Positions 30,637-41,139 of a stretch of DNA of 64,000 nt are shown here, in pieces. Origin of the DNA: an uncultured Acidobacteriota bacterium (GTDB lineage: Bacteria > Acidobacteriota > Terriglobia > Terriglobales > Acidobacteriaceae); NCBI GenBank assembly GCA_963850585.1, contig CAWKLW010000015.1, positions 489,728-553,727 of the forward strand, given 5' to 3'. Within the stretch, counting starts at the first letter, position 1. The number at the start of each line of letters is the position of its first letter. A program made the position numbers and the translations under genes. The notes below the pieces were generated by a model. That model did not search any database. It saw only the letters and a list, made by a program, of their open reading frames with translations, and was not told where the DNA came from.

Positions 30637-31612
30637 TCAAGCCGGCGGGAGTTCGGCCGTGGGAATGTGCAGAGCTTTCTCGCGCAGTTCCTGAAACAAA
30701 ATGCTGCTCAGGTAGCGCTCGCCGAAAGACGGCAGAATCACCACAATCATTTTTCCGGCGTTCTCTTTGCGTCGAGCGACCTGCAATGCGGCCACCACCG
30801 CGGCTCCCGACGAGATGCCGACGAACAATCCTTCTTCCAGCGGCAGGCGCCGCGCCATCGCAATCGAATCATCGTTGCTGACGGTAATGACCTCGTCGAT
30901 GTATTCACGGCGAAGAATGCTGGGTACAAAGCCCGCGCCAATTCCCTGAATCTTGTGCGGAGACGGCTTGCCCCCCGACAGCACCGCGCTATCTACGGGC
31001 TCGACCGCGATGGCTTTGAAAGAAGGCTTCTTGGGCTTGATGTACTCGCAAACTCCGGTGATGGTGCCTCCCGTGCCGACGCCAGAAATAAGGATGTCGA
31101 CGCGGCCGTCGGTATCGTTCCAGATCTCGGGGCCGGTGGTTTCGAAGTGAATCTTGGGATTCGCGGGATTATCGAACTGCTGCAGCATGTAGCTATCGGG
31201 AACACTGGCGAGAATTTCTTTGGCTTTCATGATCGCGCCCGGTCATGCCGCGCGGTCCGGGAGTAAGCACGAGCTCCGCGCCGAACGCGAGCAGAAGGAC
31301 GCGCCGCTCCAGACTCATCGTGTCGGGCATCACGATAACGAGCTTGTAGCCTTTGACCGCGGCAACGAATGCCAGTCCGATGCCCGTGTTCCCGCTGGTC
31401 GGCTCCACCAGCACAGTCTTGCCAGGATGAATTTTGCCGGCGCGCTCGGCCTCGGAAATCATGCTCACGCCGATGCGATCCTTCACGCTGCTCAGCGGGT
31501 TCTGGCTTTCGAGCTTGGCCAAAACTTCGGCTACGCAGCCTTCGGTGACTTTGTTTAGGCGGACAAGAGGGGTATGGCCGATCAGTTCCGTGACATCTTT
31601 GGCGATTTTCAT
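30637..31612 (-). pseudogene. cysK: cysteine synthase A (O-acetylserine sulfhydrylase), one frameshift
   Basis: The N-terminal part reads [20 protein letters not shown]...[11 protein letters not shown] (PLP-Lys motif)...[11 protein letters not shown]. The sequence then continues as (A)[26 protein letters not shown]... in ORF 30637-31230. The junction accgggcgcgatcatg looks like one extra g in a G-run (about 31235). Confidence 0.85.
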
Positions 31613-32032
31613 GACGGACTTTCGTGGTTGCCGGAGTTTGGCTGAATACAAGGTACAGAACTCAGGCTAAATGGCACAAGCTCATTAGGTTGGAGTAGCG
31701 ACAGGCAGATGGGGTCTAACGACTCCTAACAGTTTTGTTGCCATGGCTCCTTGCGGGCTTGCCAGATCGCCTTTCATCCATCTGGGAAATAGGGATTTGT
31801 GGCCGAACCAAGCAAATTATTGAATCAAAACAATTCCTACTTGTTTTCCCGCATTCATTGGTGGTAGCGTATCCAACCTGTCAGTGGGTTTTAAGGTTTG
31901 GATTAGGTGACGGGGCCAAACACAACCACCTGATCCAGATGCGAGGGGTCTCAAAATCTAGTTCGGTTGCGCACAGAACGTGCGCTGTTTGGGGATAACT
32001 CTCAGGAGGCTTTGCAATGCAAGTCTCGGCGC

Positions 32033-35000
32033 ATGAAACTTCGTTCCCTTGTTTCTTCGAATGTTATTGCCCCTGTTGATTCTCGCCTTGCGGCGCAATG
32101 CCGCTGTTTGCCCAATCCACCAGCACCGGCACAATTGCCGGAATCGTGACGCGATTCCACGGGCGCGGTTGTCAACAACGCGACGGTCACTCTCACGGAC
32201 AAAGCCACGAAAACCGCGCGCAGCGTGACCACGAATGAGTCAGGGCGATACGTCTTGACCAATGTCGATCCCGGCAGCTATGAACTGAGCGCCAGCAAAC
32301 AAGGATTCGCTACGACCAAGACGCAGACACAAGTCACCGTCGGTGCGTCGATCGCAATGAACTTGGCGTTGCAGGTGGGAGGCAGCAACGTGGTGGTAGA
32401 AGTCACCGCCGCCGGCACTGAGTTGCAGACCATGAACGCAACGGTTGGCAACACTGTCACTGCCGTCGGCCCTCGATAACTTGCCGAGCTTGAATCGCGA
32501 CGTGAGCACCTTCGTCGAACTGCAGCCGGGCGTGAGCCCCGACGGCAGCGTGGCCGGAGCGGTGGTCGACCAGAGCAGCTTCATGCTCGACGGCGGCAAC
32601 AACACCAACGACATGGACGGCAGCATGAGCGTGTACACCTCGAGCTTCGCCGGCGATCCTACGGGAGGCATCTCGAACCAGAGTAACGCGGTGGCCGGCG
32701 GGCCGACCGGCGTCATGCCAACTCCCGCCGACAGCGTGGAGGAATTCAAGGTCAACAGCGCAGGCCAGACGGCGGACTTCAACAGTTCCGCGGGCGCCGA
32801 GGTGCAGGTCGTCACCCGCCGAGGTACCAACAGCTACCACGGCAGCGCTTACGAGTACTACTTAGACAACAACTGGTCGGCGAACACTTGGGATAACTAA
32901 CCTGACCGGTAAACACACCCGTTCCCAACTGGCACCGCAGTCGTTTTGGCGCACGCTTCGGCGGCACGCTCCTGCCCAATTTCCTTGGCGGGAAAACTTA
33001 CTTTTTCGCGAACTACGAAGGCTATCGCTGGCCCAATTCCGAGACCGTCGAAAAGATCGTTCCGTCGGCATCGATGCGCTTAGGTCTGCTCACCTTCGAT
33101 GGTGGCGCGACCTACTACAACTTGAATCCCGGGCCCGTACACTTTCAACAACGTTACTTACCCCGGATCAGGAACGTCCCTCGATCCGCGCGGCATCGGG
33201 ATCAATCCTCTGGTTCAACAGATGTGGAATCACATGCCGCTGCCGAACGAGGTGAATGGTGACTGCGGTCTAAGTCGTTGCGATATGGCAGCTGGCGTGG
33301 GAAACATTGGCGGCTTCAAAGCTAATCTTGCCCTGCCGCAAACCAGCAACTTTGGCGTGCTCCGGGTGGACCACGATTTCGGCGACAAGTGGCACTTCAT
33401 GTCGAGCTACCGCTACTTCAAGCTAGCCATCGCCACCCACGACCAGGTGGACATTGGTGGCTTTTACCTGGCGACAAGCTGGGAGTTCCGGCGTCCCTAT
33501 CCATGGCGCCACAGTGGAACCGTGGTACCTGGTGGCTGGAGTGACCACGAACATCAGCTCCAACATCACCAACAACTTCCACTATAGCTTTTTGCGCAAC
33601 TGGTGGTCCTGGAGCAGGACCGGAGACACCCTTCAGTTCGCTCGGACTGGGTGGGGCGCTGGAGCCGGTGCGGCGAGTCGCGAGACCAAAGCTCTGGCTC
33701 CCTACAACGTCAACACGCAGCAGACCCGTACCCGATTCTGGGATGGACAAGACCAGATGTTCCGCGATGACGTAAACATCTTGAATGGCAACCACCTGTT
33801 CCAGTTCGGCGGAACCTATCAGCACAACTTCAACTGGCACCAGCGAACCGACAACGGCGGCGGCATCAACTACCAGCCCGTGTATCAGCTTGGGCAACGA
33901 CAAGGCGCAGGAATCAGCGTAGCTGACGCCTCCGCGGTCTGTGACCGGCAGCGCTTGAGTACGGACTGGGGCCGCGATTACGCAGCCGCACTGGGCATTG
34001 TCTCCATCGCACAGCAGGCCTACACCCGTACCGGCCCGAATCTTGGCCTTGAATCCGCCGCTGACCCCGGCATTTGACCAGAGCACCATTCCTTACTACA
34101 ACGTCTATTTCAGCGATACCTGGCACATGAAGCCGACTTTCACGCTGACTTACGGTTTGGGATGGACGCTGGAAATGCCGCCCGTGGAGAAAGAAGGAAA
34201 GCAGGTCGAACTGGTGGATGCCAGGCCAATCAACTGGTCGATACTCAGGCTTACCTGCACTCGCGCAAGCAAGCGGCATTGCAGGGTCAGGTTTACAATC
34301 CGACGGTCGGTTTCGCCCTGGTGGGCAACACCGAGCAACGGACGGAAGTACCCCTACAATCCATTCTATGGTTCATTCAGCCCGCGAGTGGCGGCTCGCG
34401 TGGAACCCTCACTTCGACGCGATTCCTGGGCGGAAAGATCTTCGGCCAGGACACTGTAATTCGTGGCGGATACGGCCGCATCTATGGACGGTTGAACGGC
34501 GTGGACCTGGTGCTGGTACCGCTGCTGGGTACTGGGCTGATTCAGCCGGTGCAGTGTTTCGGTGCCTACTCAGCGATGGCAAAACGTGCCTCGGACTGGC
34601 GCGCCGACCGCAAGCACTGCTTTCCGCGTCGGGATCGACGGCTAGTACGCGCCAATTCCCGCGGCCACACCCACACTGCCCCAGCCGCTTTTCCCGGGCA
34701 TCAACGGCATTGCGGCCGGTGCTGGTGAGGCTTGGATCCCGCACTTCCGGCCCAACGTCGTCGACTCGTTTGATTTCACCGTTCAGCGACAGCTGCATAA
34801 AGGAATGACAGTTGAGCTGGGCTACATCGGACGGCGGATCACGCACGAATACCAGCCGATCAACATCAACGCTGTGCCGTACATGATGACGAAGGGCGGC
34901 CAGACAGTTCACGAATGCCTATGCTAACGTGATGCTGTAGATATTGGGATGCGGCATTTCCACCGACGCTGGCTGGCGCCAACGTTCGCTGCAAATGCCA

Positions 35001-36110
35001 GTGCGAGACAACGCCGCAACCGCTTCTTTGAAGCATCGCACCTGAGCCGTCTTCGCGGCCACTGCACCGTCGTATTGCAACGGCACATTTTCAAACGGGG
35101 CTGGCACTAACTGAAGTGCTGCCGCCGTCCTCGACAACGTCGAACACTGGTCAGAACGTGTGGGATCTGTGGAGCGATCTGGACAACGGCGGATTCAACT
35201 TCCCGCGCAGCATGATGAACACTCCGCTGCCAACGGCCCTGCCCCGGGTCGACCCAGATGCGGTTGCAGTGGCCAGCTCACGTCCGGCGTGGGTATTAAC
35301 GCCAGTATTGGTCACGGAAACTACAATGCGCTGCTTTGCATCCTTCAAGATGAGCGATTGGCACGGCTTGACTACACAATCGAATTTCACGTGGTCCAAG
35401 ACGCTGAGCACGGGAGCCGTGGTCCAGGCGACCAGCCAGGCGACGGCCCCGGATCCGTTCAATTTGAATACTGAGCTATGGCTGGCAGGGCTTTGACCGC
35501 AAGTTCGTTTACAACCTGTTCTTTGTCTACACCCCTCCGGTATTTAAGGGCCAACATGGAGCCTTGGGGCATGTCCTTGGCGGCTGGACGTTCGCTCCTA
35601 TCTTCACCGCGGGCAGCGGCATACCAAATCAGTCTCGGCACACTGACCGGGGGTGGCGAGGCATTCGGTGAAGCCGACTCCGTCAACTTTTTCGGCAACG
35701 GTAACTCGGACAAACGCGGTTCCAACTGGTCACCTCATTCGACGCACATGGAGGTCTCACTAAGACTCCCGGTCAATTGCCGTAAAATCTTTTAGACGGA
35801 CCCGAGCGCGGCTTATGACCAGATCCGGCAGCCGATTCTTGGGTTAGACACAAAGAATGGAGGTTGGGGTGCAATCCGCGGGTTGCCGTACTGGAACATG
35901 GACTTCAGCTTGCGGAAAAACATCAAGATCACCGAAAAGTTTAATTTCGAGTTCCAAATGGTGACGGTAAATCTCTTCAACCATCCCGTGTTCTAGGACC
36001 CGGGTCCGGGCGATGTTCTGGACGCGAGCTCGTCCGACGGCTTTGGCGTACTGCCAGGACAAGGCAACACTCCGCGCACGATGGAGTTCGGCCTGCGGCT
36101 GAGCTTCTAA
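32033..36110 (+). pseudogene. CarboxypepD_reg-domain TonB-dependent receptor, at least 12 frame changes plus an in-frame TAG
   Basis: The signal peptide is followed by STSTGTIAGIVTDSTGAVVNNATVTLTDKATKTARSVTTNESGRYVLTNVDPGSYELSASKQGF (carboxypeptidase-regulatory fold). The plug follows (LDNLPSLNRDVSTFVELQPGVS...). The barrel is spread over ORFs 32445-32900, 33074-33262, 33222-33587, 33454-34077, 33998-34459, 34162-34728, 34218-34808, 35116-35496, 35160-35474 and 35478-35795. The end reads ...NLFNHPVF*DPG...TPRTMEFGLRLSF*, with TAG at 35994-35996 in frame with the final TAA at 36108-36110. Confidence 0.8.
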
Positions 36111-36130
36111 TTCGTTCGGCAAGAATCTCT

Positions 36131-36165
36131 GGGCCGGGAGCAATGCTCCCGGCCCTTTTTTATTT
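36131..36165 (+). terminator. rho-independent terminator
   Basis: gggccgggagc-aat-gctcccggccc is an 11-bp GC stem, followed by ttttttattt. It lies 21 nt after the receptor stop. Confidence 0.85.
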
Positions 36166-36447
36166 GGGAATTGAACGCGGGCAATCTAACGGCGATCGAA
36201 CTTTTTTGCACAGGCATGCATTCGAACCTTGTGACATCCGCCCTTGCGCCACCTGACTGAACAAGTGCATCCTCGGAAGGCGGACATGGTACGCACCCGC
36301 GGGGCTAACCTCTCGGCAAGTACTTTGGATTCAAGATTTTGCCCGCAAGTGATTGTGCGCCAGAGATTATTGGCCGATTTTCCCCTAAGTGAATGATTCC
36401 ATTATACCGGAGGGGGTGGGGGGAGGCTCGAAACGAATAAATGCGCC

Positions 36448-36921
36448 TCAGCGGTGCATGAGTCCGTAGCTCACCGCTCCCGTTGACGACGCAATATTTA
36501 CGATCGATACCGCTCTCTCCATTTTGTGATGCCCGGTCTTGTGGAAGAAGTAGCTGAGGCTGATGACTGCGGCGGTCTCTCCCGCGAAGTTCATCGCCAG
36601 GCCTGCGCTGGAGCGGCCGAAGGGACGCACCATCGGATTCAGCTCGCGGCCTCCGCTTTGCAGGTTCGCGCGCGTGACTGCGAAATCGGCGACGGCGCCC
36701 GCACCGGCTGCGATGAAGAGAAACTTGTTCTGCTTGTCCCAGAATTTGTGGGTGACTTCCACTCTGGGCTGCGCTACGGCCATGACCGGCACAACCGCGG
36801 CTAACGACGGAAGTGGCGCATCCGGAAGCGGCCCCTGCGCGGCAACCGCGCAACTCAGGGCCAAAATCGCTATCGACACGGCCGTGCTTACTCGGATTAG
36901 AGAACAACTGCTGGCGATCAT
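36448..36921 (-). CDS. hypothetical exported/membrane protein
   Basis: The ORF has a likely start at MIASSCSLIRVSTAVSIAILALSCAVAAQG (signal-like). It continues ...FLFIAAGAGAVADFAVTRANLQSGGRELNPMVRPFG... No confident family. Confidence 0.45.
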   Translation of the reverse strand: MIASSCSLIRVSTAVSIAILALSCAVAAQGPLPDAPLPSLAAVVPVMAVAQPRVEVTHKFWDKQNKFLFIAAGAGAVADFAVTRANLQSGGRELNPMVRPFGRSSAGLAMNFAGETAAVISLSYFFHKTGHHKMERAVSIVNIASSTGAVSYGLMHR

Positions 36922-37099
36922 AAGTGCCGTCCTGGGATGACGAACACTTGGGAAGGACGCAATCACTCTACCATGTTCTGCACATTAGAGAGCACGCAAG
37001 ATGCTTAATACCCTGTGCTTGGGCGCTTCTCTCATAAGAGAGGAAATTCGCAACGCAGTATCTTGCAGATGTTTGCTGGCCTAGTCCGCGGGAATCGCT

Positions 37100-38390
37100 C
37101 TACTTCTTATAGACGACGCCGTTTTTCATGACGAAAGTAACATTCGAGAGTACGGAAATATCCTGCAGGGGATCGCCCGCCACGGCCACGATGTCCGCGA
37201 GATATCCCCGTTCCAGCGAACCGATCTGTCCTTCCCAGCCCGAGTAACTTCGCGCCATTGATTAGATCCGCTTGCAGCACGGCCAGCGGCGACATTCCGT
37301 ACTTCGCCATCAGCACGAATTCGCGTGCCTGCGTGCCATGCGGGAACGGACCTACGTCGGAGCCCACGGCGAATGGAATTCCTGCCGCAATTTGCTTCTT
37401 GAATTCCTGAATCTTGAGATCGAGAATCTGATGCTCGCGCGCGCCTTGGGCTGGAGTCGCGGCGTGCTCGGCGAAATATTCGAAGATGGTGAATGTGGGC
37501 ACGGCAAAGATCTGCTTCTCCCTCATCAACCGCATCGTCTCTTCGCTCAACTGATCGGCGTGATCGATCGAAGCCACGCCAGCTTGCGCCCCGTAGAGCG
37601 TCCCCGGTTCTCCGGTTGCATGCACGGCAACGTGTCTGCCCAATCTCGCGGCCTCTTTGACCGCGGCCTCCAGTTGCTGCTCGCTGTACTGATATGGCGT
37701 GGAGAGCTTTCCCTCTTTGACCGAGTCTGCGCCCGTCTCGTAGATCTTGATGAAGTCCGCGCCTTCTTTGAATTGCTGGCGCATGGCGGCCACGAGTTCG
37801 TCCGCGCTGTTGGCGTAGGTTGCGTTGGGAAGGATGTGCTGCTCGGGGTTATAGCCGATGGCGTCTTCGTGTCCTCCGAGAATGTTGATGGCGTTGCCGC
37901 TGATGCGCAGCCGTGGGCCGGGAATGCGGCCCTCGTTGATGGCGTTGCGAACCGCGGTGTCGGCCGATCCCGCGCCTTCGGTTCCCATGTCCCGCTCGGC
38001 GGTAAATCCGGCCATCAGGTCTTCGCGCGCGGCCAGCGTCGCGGTGATGGTGCGCTCCGGGACAGACTCCTGCACGGTCTGCAGGTCCTCGGCGCCGGGA
38101 TGAAGAAAGAGATGGATGTGGGCGTCGATCAGGCCAGGCATTAACGTACGATCACCGAGGTCGAGGACTTCAGCGCCCTCGGGATGTTTTACGGTTGAGC
38201 CCACCTCCACGATGTGATCGCCTTGCACCAGGATCTCGGCGGGTTTGACGATGCGTCCGGCTTTGATGTCGAGCATGCGGGCGGCATGCAGAACGATGGG
38301 ATGAGGGCTCGCAGCGGGGCCCTGGGCTGCAGCTAATCCGGCCAGGAGAACGAGACACATCAAGCGCAAGGCGAACTTGGGCTTCGTCAT
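37100..38390 (-). pseudogene. metal-dependent amidohydrolase (imidazolonepropionase / Xaa-Pro dipeptidase-like), one frameshift near the 3' end
   Basis: It has a signal peptide, then MPGLIDAHIHL (HxH), VAVHATG and FAVGSDVG. After ...NGAKLLG the next frame reads WEGQIGSLERGYLADIVAVAGDPLQDISVLSNVTFVMKNGVVYKK*. The junction ctcgggctgggaagg looks like one extra g (about 37240). Confidence 0.75.
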
Positions 38391-38578
38391 AACGCGCGAT
38401 GGTATCACCGCGGAAAGGCTTGGGGCCACAGTGGCGAGATCTGTATCGGGTGCTCCCCATTGCGCGCTTCGCGCGCAACCCCGGACGAGGGCATCCGGGA
38501 CTACACGTACTACGCCGGGCTAATCTGTGATTTGAATCACAAATCTGGGTTAGGCCGGTCACGGGACATACTTGCGTT

Positions 38579-39001
38579 GTGGGCGACACTAAGCCCTATA
38601 TGAATCACTTTGGGGTCCTGACTAATCGCAAGCGTGCCTTCATCGCTCTGATCCATTCCATCTTCTTCCTGGGAATCGCCATCCACGGGTTCTCCGCTCC
38701 GAAGGGCGGGATTCTACATGGCGGCCCTGGCGGCGATTTCGCGCTGGTCATCATCTACCTGGTCGTGTCCTCAATTTTGGCGTGGCTGGTGGGCATTTCG
38801 CGAGTCGGGATCGAGCGCGCCTACTTCACTCTTTGCGCCTGCAGCGCGAGCTTTGGGCTGTTGCGAACGGTGTTCGGCGACAGCAGCCTGCCCGTGGCGC
38901 AGTATCTTCGAGTCATCATGCTGAGCTCTGCGGTTGCCGTGGGCGGATTGATCGTGCGGAGCTTTTCTCGTCGGGTCGGGGAGCCGGCGATTTCCGAATA
39001 G
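38579..39001 (+). CDS. hypothetical 4-TM membrane protein
   Basis: Intact 140-aa hydrophobic ORF. No family recognised. Confidence 0.4.
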   Translation: MGDTKPYMNHFGVLTNRKRAFIALIHSIFFLGIAIHGFSAPKGGILHGGPGGDFALVIIYLVVSSILAWLVGISRVGIERAYFTLCACSASFGLLRTVFGDSSLPVAQYLRVIMLSSAVAVGGLIVRSFSRRVGEPAISE

Positions 39002-39025
39002 CACATGGCACACAAAGATAAAGAA

Positions 39026-39051
39026 GCCGCCCGGAAGTGATTCCGGGCGGC
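39026..39051. terminator. bidirectional hairpin between convergent genes
   Basis: gccgcccggaa-gtga-ttccgggcggc, a perfect 11-bp stem between the stops at 39001 (+) and 39093 (-). Confidence 0.55.
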
Positions 39052-39092
39052 TGCCGTCAGGAGGCCGGGGCGAGGATCGTTCCTTACCCTGG

Positions 39093-39764
39093 TTAGGACA
39101 GGAAGAATTCCTTGGTTACTTCGGCCCAGTCTTGGTTAGGCATATGAGCGGTCAGGTCGTCCATTGCCACACCGCCATCTTGGGCAAGTGCGCCCGCCAG
39201 GGCCGGCATCCGGCTGCGAAGACGCAGGGCTGAGTCTTCGGTCCAAAGCCGCGCCAGCGTGCCGCTCAGCAGGTTGCGGAAGTTCAGCTTCGAATCCGGC
39301 GCCTGTACGGTCACCAGCCAGCCTTCGCCATAGGGATCTTTGCGCGCCAGTTCCGGATTCTTCGCCACCGCTTCGTTTACGTCGGTGATGGTGCCTTCGA
39401 TCGGGGAAACCATATCCACGGATTTTCCGTCGCGGAAAATCGTCCAGAGCTTCTGACCCTGTCGCACCCAGCGGCCGCGCTGCGGGAGCGTGATGCTCTC
39501 GATTTTGCCGATCAGCTTGGAGGCAAAGTCGTCCATGCCGACGCGCACTAACTCGCGGCTTTCGGCGAGTGCCCATGTGTGTCCGGCGTGGTAGCGGACA
39601 TTTTCCGGCACTTCGAATCCAGCGACGAATGCGGGAACTACCTGGGAGACGCTGCGACGCCGGGTTGGCTGCGCTTCAGACTGCCGGGCCAGTTGCTTGT
39701 GGCCGCGAACATAATCGATCGATAGAAAGATTGCGAACGTCAGAAGAACCATGATGACTGTCAT
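39093..39764 (-). CDS. membrane-anchored glycine-cleavage-H-like (GcvH fold) protein
   Basis: It has an N-terminal TM helix (MTVIMVLLTFAIFLSIDYV) followed by a GcvH-like core: YHAGHTWA...VGMDDFASKLIGKIESITLP..G..V.QGQKLWTIFRDGKSVDMVSPIEGTITDVNEAVAKNPELARKDPYGEGWL. Confidence 0.6.
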   Translation of the reverse strand: MTVIMVLLTFAIFLSIDYVRGHKQLARQSEAQPTRRRSVSQVVPAFVAGFEVPENVRYHAGHTWALAESRELVRVGMDDFASKLIGKIESITLPQRGRWVRQGQKLWTIFRDGKSVDMVSPIEGTITDVNEAVAKNPELARKDPYGEGWLVTVQAPDSKLNFRNLLSGTLARLWTEDSALRLRSRMPALAGALAQDGGVAMDDLTAHMPNQDWAEVTKEFFLS

Positions 39765-40145
39765 AACCCACCTCGCCCGGAGTGCCTCTTGATTTCTCGG
39801 TCACTCACACAGATCTAAAGGCAATCACGCGACCAAAGTAAGCCGGCAACAGCCTCGCAGCCGCTAAGTAGAGGGACACAAGGCACATAGACTAGAGATG
39901 GAGAACGACCGCGGAGCCGACTGCAGAGAAATGCAGCGGCCCGAATGATGAACATCACAACAGCGAAGTTCGCTCCTAACACGTGCTCGACGCCACTGCA
40001 CACCGCGAAATCCCAGCAGGGTCAAAGGTTTCGCCGCTATTTGACTGGTGATGCAATCCGCATCGGCGCGTCGATGCAATTGGCAACACCGAATCCAGCT
40101 CTTTGCCGAGCTCGGAGACCCTATTGACCACCATCACGTCAAGGA

Positions 40146-40159
40146 GTGACAGGGGTCAC
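40146..40159. promoter_or_regulatory. 14-bp palindrome, putative regulator site 1
   Basis: GTGACAGGGGTCAC, about 215 nt upstream of the ATG at 40375. Confidence 0.35.
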
Positions 40160-40268
40160 GGCTGAATTCCGCCAAATTGATGAAACTCTAAGCTGTCTGA
40201 AGCTGCTGAATTTCGCGACAGCCTCTGCTCTTGATGAGGTAAGCAGCTTGTGGCGGTTCCCCTCTGCA

Positions 40269-40282
40269 GTTACAGGGGTAAC
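40269..40282. promoter_or_regulatory. 14-bp palindrome, putative regulator site 2
   Basis: GTTACAGGGGTAAC has the same architecture as site 1 (GT-K-AC-AGGG-GT-M-AC). Centre-to-centre spacing is 123 nt, and it lies about 92 nt upstream of the ATG at 40375. Confidence 0.35.
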
Positions 40283-40374
40283 CGCGCCTACCTCTCCTTC
40301 AGCTCAGGCATCGGTCGAAAGGATATGCCGCTCGTCGTCTGTGCTCGAACAGAGATGACCGGGACCATACTTCC

Positions 40375-41139
40375 ATGAGCAAAGCACTCTTATACGATTC
40401 GACGGCCTGCATCGGATGCAAGCAGTGTGAGCAAGCCTGCGCCACGCAAAATCACCTGGAGTACAACGATGCGATCGCGGGCGAGGAATATCAATCTGCC
40501 CACAAGTTGACCACCGTCGTGACGCGCGGCGACAAATTCATGCGCCGGCTATGCATGAATTGTGCGGATCCTTCCTGCGCCTCGGTTTGTCCGGTGGGCG
40601 CTCTTACCAAGACGGCGCTGGGCCCGGTTACCTACGACGCCTCGAAATGCATGGGATGCCGCTATTGCATGGTGGCATGCCCCTTCAGTGTCCCGAAGTA
40701 TGAGTGGGGCAAGCTGTTCCCCAAAGTGCAGAAATGCGTCATGTGCCCGGACCGGGTGGCGCAAGGCAAGCCCACGGCCTGTGCCGAGATCTGCCCGACC
40801 GGGGCCACTAAGTTTGGAGAGCGCGAAGAATTGGTCGCGGAGGCCCGGCAGCGCATTCACGACAATCCGGGACAGTACGTCAATCACATCTACGGCTTGG
40901 AAGAGGTTGGAGGCACGTCTGTGCTCATGCTCTCCGCCGTTCCGTTCGAGACCTTCGGATACCGCACCGATATAGCCAAGGATCCGTTGCCCATGCTGAC
41001 TTACCGGGTTCTGTCGCACATTCCCGACTTCGTGCCCCTGGGCGGGATGTTGCTAGGCGGCGTGTGGTGGATCACTCATCGCCGCGAAGAAGTGGCTGAG
41101 GTGGAAGGCCGCGAAAAGAAAAATGGAGGAAAGCGATAA
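40375..41139 (+). CDS. 4x[4Fe-4S] ferredoxin subunit, NrfC/HybA/FdnH/DmsB family, C-terminal TM anchor, no Tat leader
   Basis: Four cluster motifs: CIGCKQCEQAC, CMNCADPSCASVCP, CMGCRYCMVACP and CVMCPDRV..GKPTACAEICP. The C-terminal helix is FVPLGGMLLGGVWWITH. The N-terminus MSKALLYDSTAC has no RR motif. Confidence 0.8.
   Translation: MSKALLYDSTACIGCKQCEQACATQNHLEYNDAIAGEEYQSAHKLTTVVTRGDKFMRRLCMNCADPSCASVCPVGALTKTALGPVTYDASKCMGCRYCMVACPFSVPKYEWGKLFPKVQKCVMCPDRVAQGKPTACAEICPTGATKFGEREELVAEARQRIHDNPGQYVNHIYGLEEVGGTSVLMLSAVPFETFGYRTDIAKDPLPMLTYRVLSHIPDFVPLGGMLLGGVWWITHRREEVAEVEGREKKNGGKR

Noticed and set aside
31900-31960. acctgatccagatgcgagg, which resembles the P4/P5 segment of a TPP riboswitch, upstream of the TonB receptor
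   Set aside because: There is no CUGAGA element and no CUGG/CCAG pairing. The resemblance is limited to about 10 nt.
40081-40100. tggcaacaccgaatccagc as a possible sigma-54 -24/-12 promoter, and also tggcggttcccctctgca at 40251-40268
   Set aside because: The GG-to-GC spacing is wrong (no GC at +12; the second candidate is 2 nt too long), so neither fits TGGCAC-N5-TTGC.
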